The position numbers and the translations under genes were made by a program. Positions 24,763-27,125 of a DNA stretch of 27,125 nt are shown piece by piece. Within the stretch, counting starts at the first letter, position 1. Each line of letters opens with the position of its first letter. The notes beneath the pieces are model-generated. The model was not told the DNA's origin, did no database searches, and worked only from the letters and a program-made list of their open reading frames with translations. The stretch is from Acidimicrobiia bacterium (GTDB taxonomy: Bacteria; Actinomycetota; Acidimicrobiia; Spongiisociales; UBA5794), in NCBI GenBank assembly GCA_046496605.1, contig JAWOGV010000209.1, forward strand, positions 1-27,125, in the 5' to 3' direction.

Positions 24763-25164
24763 ATGAGCGAACAGAGAGACGCTGTGTACATCATCTCGGT
24801 GGCGGCCGAGATCGTCGGTATGCACCCACAGACCCTGCGCGTGTATGAGCGCAAGGGACTCGTCGAGCCCTATCGCACGCCCGGTGGAACCCGCCGCTAC
24901 AGCCAGGCCGATGTGGAGCGACTCCAGCTCATCCAGGAGCTGTCGAACGCAGGCGTCAACATCGAGGGCATCAGGCGGATCCTCCGCCTCCAGAAGGAGA
25001 ATGATCGCCTGCGCAGCCAGGTCGACCGGCTCCGCAGGCTCCTCGAGGATGCCGAAGCGCGTCGCGGTGAACGGACGCACACGATGCTGATCGAGATGGG
25101 ACGCACGACGAAGCGCCAACTCCCTGCGATCCGGAGGCCGGATCCCTTCACAGACGGCACCTGA
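24763..25164 (+). CDS. hspR: Heat-shock repressor HspR (MerR-like)
   Basis: AVYIISVAAEIVGMHPQTLRVYERKGLVEPYRTPGGTRRYSQADVERL...GVNIEGIRRIL. Last gene of the dnaK operon. Confidence 0.95.
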   Translation: MSEQRDAVYIISVAAEIVGMHPQTLRVYERKGLVEPYRTPGGTRRYSQADVERLQLIQELSNAGVNIEGIRRILRLQKENDRLRSQVDRLRRLLEDAEARRGERTHTMLIEMGRTTKRQLPAIRRPDPFTDGT

Positions 25165-25166
25165 CC

Positions 25167-25219
25167 CGTTCTTGCGTAACTGGGTTCCACCGTGGGTGGA
25201 ACCCAGTTACGCAAGAACG
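25167..25219. terminator. 25-bp perfect inverted repeat (3-nt loop) between convergent hspR and E1 genes, likely a bidirectional terminator
   Basis: CGTTCTTGCGTAACTGGGTTCCACC-gtg-GGTGGAACCCAGTTACGCAAGAACG. Confidence 0.8.
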
Positions 25220-27125
25220 AGGGAGCGGAGTTCGGAGGCGATCATGGTGTCGGTGAGCAGTGCGTGGCGTTCGATCGCGAACTGGGGCCACGGGGCGTCC
25301 GTCGCGCTGAACCGCCGCGGTGGAGCGATCAGGTCGTAGCCGCACCGTTCCGCGATCTCGGCCACGACCTCGGCACCGACTCCGCCGGTGCGCTGGGGCT
25401 CCTGGACGAAGAGCAGCCGGCCGGTTCGGCTGACCGAGTCCGCCACGGTCCCGACGTCCCAGGGGTAGATGGTGCGAAGGTCGATCACCTCGACATCGAT
25501 CCCCTCCCCCTCGAGCATCCCCGCCGCACGGAGCGAGACGGGCACCATCCCCCCGTAGGTCACGAGGGTGACATCGTTTCCGGCGCGACGGATCCGCGCC
25601 CTCCCGATGGGCAACGCGTACGGTGCGTCAGGGACATCCTCGCGTCCGGACCGATACAGCACCTTCGGTTCGAGGAAGATCACCGGATCCGGGGACCGGA
25701 TCGCTGCCGCGAGCAGGCCCTTCGCGTCGGTTGGCGATGACGGGACGACGACGACCACACCGGGGACGTGGGCGAAGTACGCCTCGGGGCTGTCGCAGTG
25801 GTGCTCGTGGGCGCCGATGCCAGCTCCGTTCGGCATCCGCACGACCATCGGGAGCGAGGTGTTCCCGCGGGAGCGGAACCGTATCCGTCCGAGGTGGCTG
25901 GCGATCTGGTCGAACGCGGGATACGAGAACCCCTCGAACTGAATCTCCGCGATCGGCCTCATTCCGGCCATCGCCATGCCGATCGCCGTGCCGACGATGC
26001 CAGACTCGTTGATCGGTGTGTCGATCACCCTTTCGGGACCGAAGGCCTCCAGGAGACCGACCGACACCCGGAAGACACCGCCGGCCACGGCAACGTCCTG
26101 GCCGAGGAGCACCGTTGTGGGGTCGGCGCCCATCTCTTGGTGCAACGCAGCATTGATGGCCTCGGCCATGGTCAACGAGGTGGTGGGTCCGTTCGGGAGC
26201 TCGTCGAATCCCACGTCGAACCGCTCCGACGCGGAAAGCTCGGTCCGGACCTCGCCTGCGGCATCCTCGATTCGATTGAGCTGCTCGAGGAGGGCGGCGG
26301 GAGTTCGCGAGAAGGTGTGAGCGATCGCATCCGACCGGGGCGGGAGCGGGATGGCCGTCACCCTGTCAAGCGACGCATCGAACGCCGAGGCGGCCCATGC
26401 CTGTGCTTCGTCCTCACGATCGCCGTCCCACCACCCGTTCGACTCGAGGAACCGACGCATCCGGATGAGCGGGTCGTACGGGCGCCACAGTTCCTCCTCG
26501 TCCTTCGTGCGGTACAGGCCGGGATCGTCGGCAGTGGCGTGCGGCCCGAAGCGGTAGCACACAGCCTCGATCAGCGTCGGGCCATCCCCCGCCGCCCCGC
26601 GCTCCACGGCCCGACGCGTTGCGTCGTACACGGCGAGGACATCGAACCCGTTCACCCGCTCTGCGGCAACGCCGTATCCCGGAGCCTTCGCGGCGAGGTT
26701 CGAGGCTGCCGTCTGCTGCTCGTACGGCACCGAGATCGCGTAGAAGTTGTTGGACACGATGAACACGGTGGGCGTCTTCCAGACGCCCGCGAAGTTGACA
26801 CCCGAGTGGAAGTCGTTCTCGGATGTCCCACCATCACCGATGTAGGCGACCGTCACGACATCGTGTCCGGCGACACGCTCGGCATAGGCGTGCCCGACCG
26901 CGTGCGGGAGGTGGCTCCCGATCGGCACCGTGATGACCATCTGACGCATCGCAGGGGGGTCCCACGTGGAATTGGGGAGGCCCCTCCAGTACGACAGGAT
27001 CGTGTCGTAGGGGACGCCCATGGCGATCTGCACCCCGTGCTCCCGATATCCCGGGTACACGAAGTCGTTGGCCCGTAGTGCCCTGGCGCTCCCGACCTGG
27101 ATCGCTTCGTGCCCCTCGGCGATCG
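25207..27125 (-). CDS. Fused E1 alpha-beta 2-oxoacid (pyruvate/branched-chain) dehydrogenase, 5'-truncated by the window edge
   Basis: The frame is open to the edge (AEGHEAIQVG...FVYPGYRE). Alpha TPP motif IGDGGTSE...SNNFYAIS and HATADDP, a linker, then beta motifs TMAEAINAAL, GGVFRVSVGL, DTPINESGIVG, AEIQFEGF, HEHHCDSPE, DLRTIYPWD. No stop between the two. Confidence 0.95.
   Translation of the reverse strand, partial: IAEGHEAIQVGSARALRANDFVYPGYREHGVQIAMGVPYDTILSYWRGLPNSTWDPPAMRQMVITVPIGSHLPHAVGHAYAERVAGHDVVTVAYIGDGGTSENDFHSGVNFAGVWKTPTVFIVSNNFYAISVPYEQQTAASNLAAKAPGYGVAAERVNGFDVLAVYDATRRAVERGAAGDGPTLIEAVCYRFGPHATADDPGLYRTKDEEELWRPYDPLIRMRRFLESNGWWDGDREDEAQAWAASAFDASLDRVTAIPLPPRSDAIAHTFSRTPAALLEQLNRIEDAAGEVRTELSASERFDVGFDELPNGPTTSLTMAEAINAALHQEMGADPTTVLLGQDVAVAGGVFRVSVGLLEAFGPERVIDTPINESGIVGTAIGMAMAGMRPIAEIQFEGFSYPAFDQIASHLGRIRFRSRGNTSLPMVVRMPNGAGIGAHEHHCDSPEAYFAHVPGVVVVVPSSPTDAKGLLAAAIRSPDPVIFLEPKVLYRSGREDVPDAPYALPIGRARIRRAGNDVTLVTYGGMVPVSLRAAGMLEGEGIDVEVIDLRTIYPWDVGTVADSVSRTGRLLFVQEPQRTGGVGAEVVAEIAERCGYDLIAPPRRFSATDAPWPQFAIERHALLTDTMIASELRSLVLA

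Noticed and set aside
410-27078. Long alternative ORFs such as 410..1489+, 5188..6231-, 18209..19324+, 20042..20977-, 22088..23848- and 25768..27078+
   Set aside because: They are antisense or off-frame shadows of well-supported genes, Arg/Pro/Ser-rich with no motifs, as expected in high-GC DNA.

Overview
GC-rich chromosomal window, most likely from an actinobacterium of the Acidimicrobiia type. This is inferred from the short monoderm-type DnaK, the dnaK-grpE-dnaJ-hspR operon with a HAIR operator, the clpS-DUF2017 pair and many TANNNT leaderless starts. I found no mobile element, CRISPR array, rRNA or tRNA. About 28 CDS are supported. They are heme O/A synthases, a 30-aa leaderless membrane peptide missing from the ORF track, a MenH-like hydrolase, a hydrolase/3-hydroxyacyl-CoA dehydrogenase pair, a selenocysteine-containing SelD (in-frame UGA plus SECIS-like hairpin), MgtE, a five-gene coupled operon (YbdK-like ligase, NadE, class IV aminotransferase, two unknowns), TyrA-ACT, a second lipoprotein, DUF4332, a degenerate MocA-like protein, HTH-ClpS-DUF2017, a DivIVA-domain protein, the dnaK operon (DnaJ lacking its zinc finger) and a fused E1 alpha-beta 2-oxoacid dehydrogenase. 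The best candidate for an undescribed system is 14444-17691. It holds an atypical SDR, then an acyltransferase fused to a Rho_N-like module and a CCCH zinc finger, then an XRE regulator with an 18-bp perfect palindrome over its -35, then an HbhA/phasin-like protein with six 11-mer amphipathic repeats and a histone-like Lys-Ala-Pro tail. My hypothesis is a nucleic-acid-tethered lipid-body module. A structured, switch-like RNA with a six-C loop between selD and mgtE is the second candidate. All family calls are from motif recognition, not database searches.
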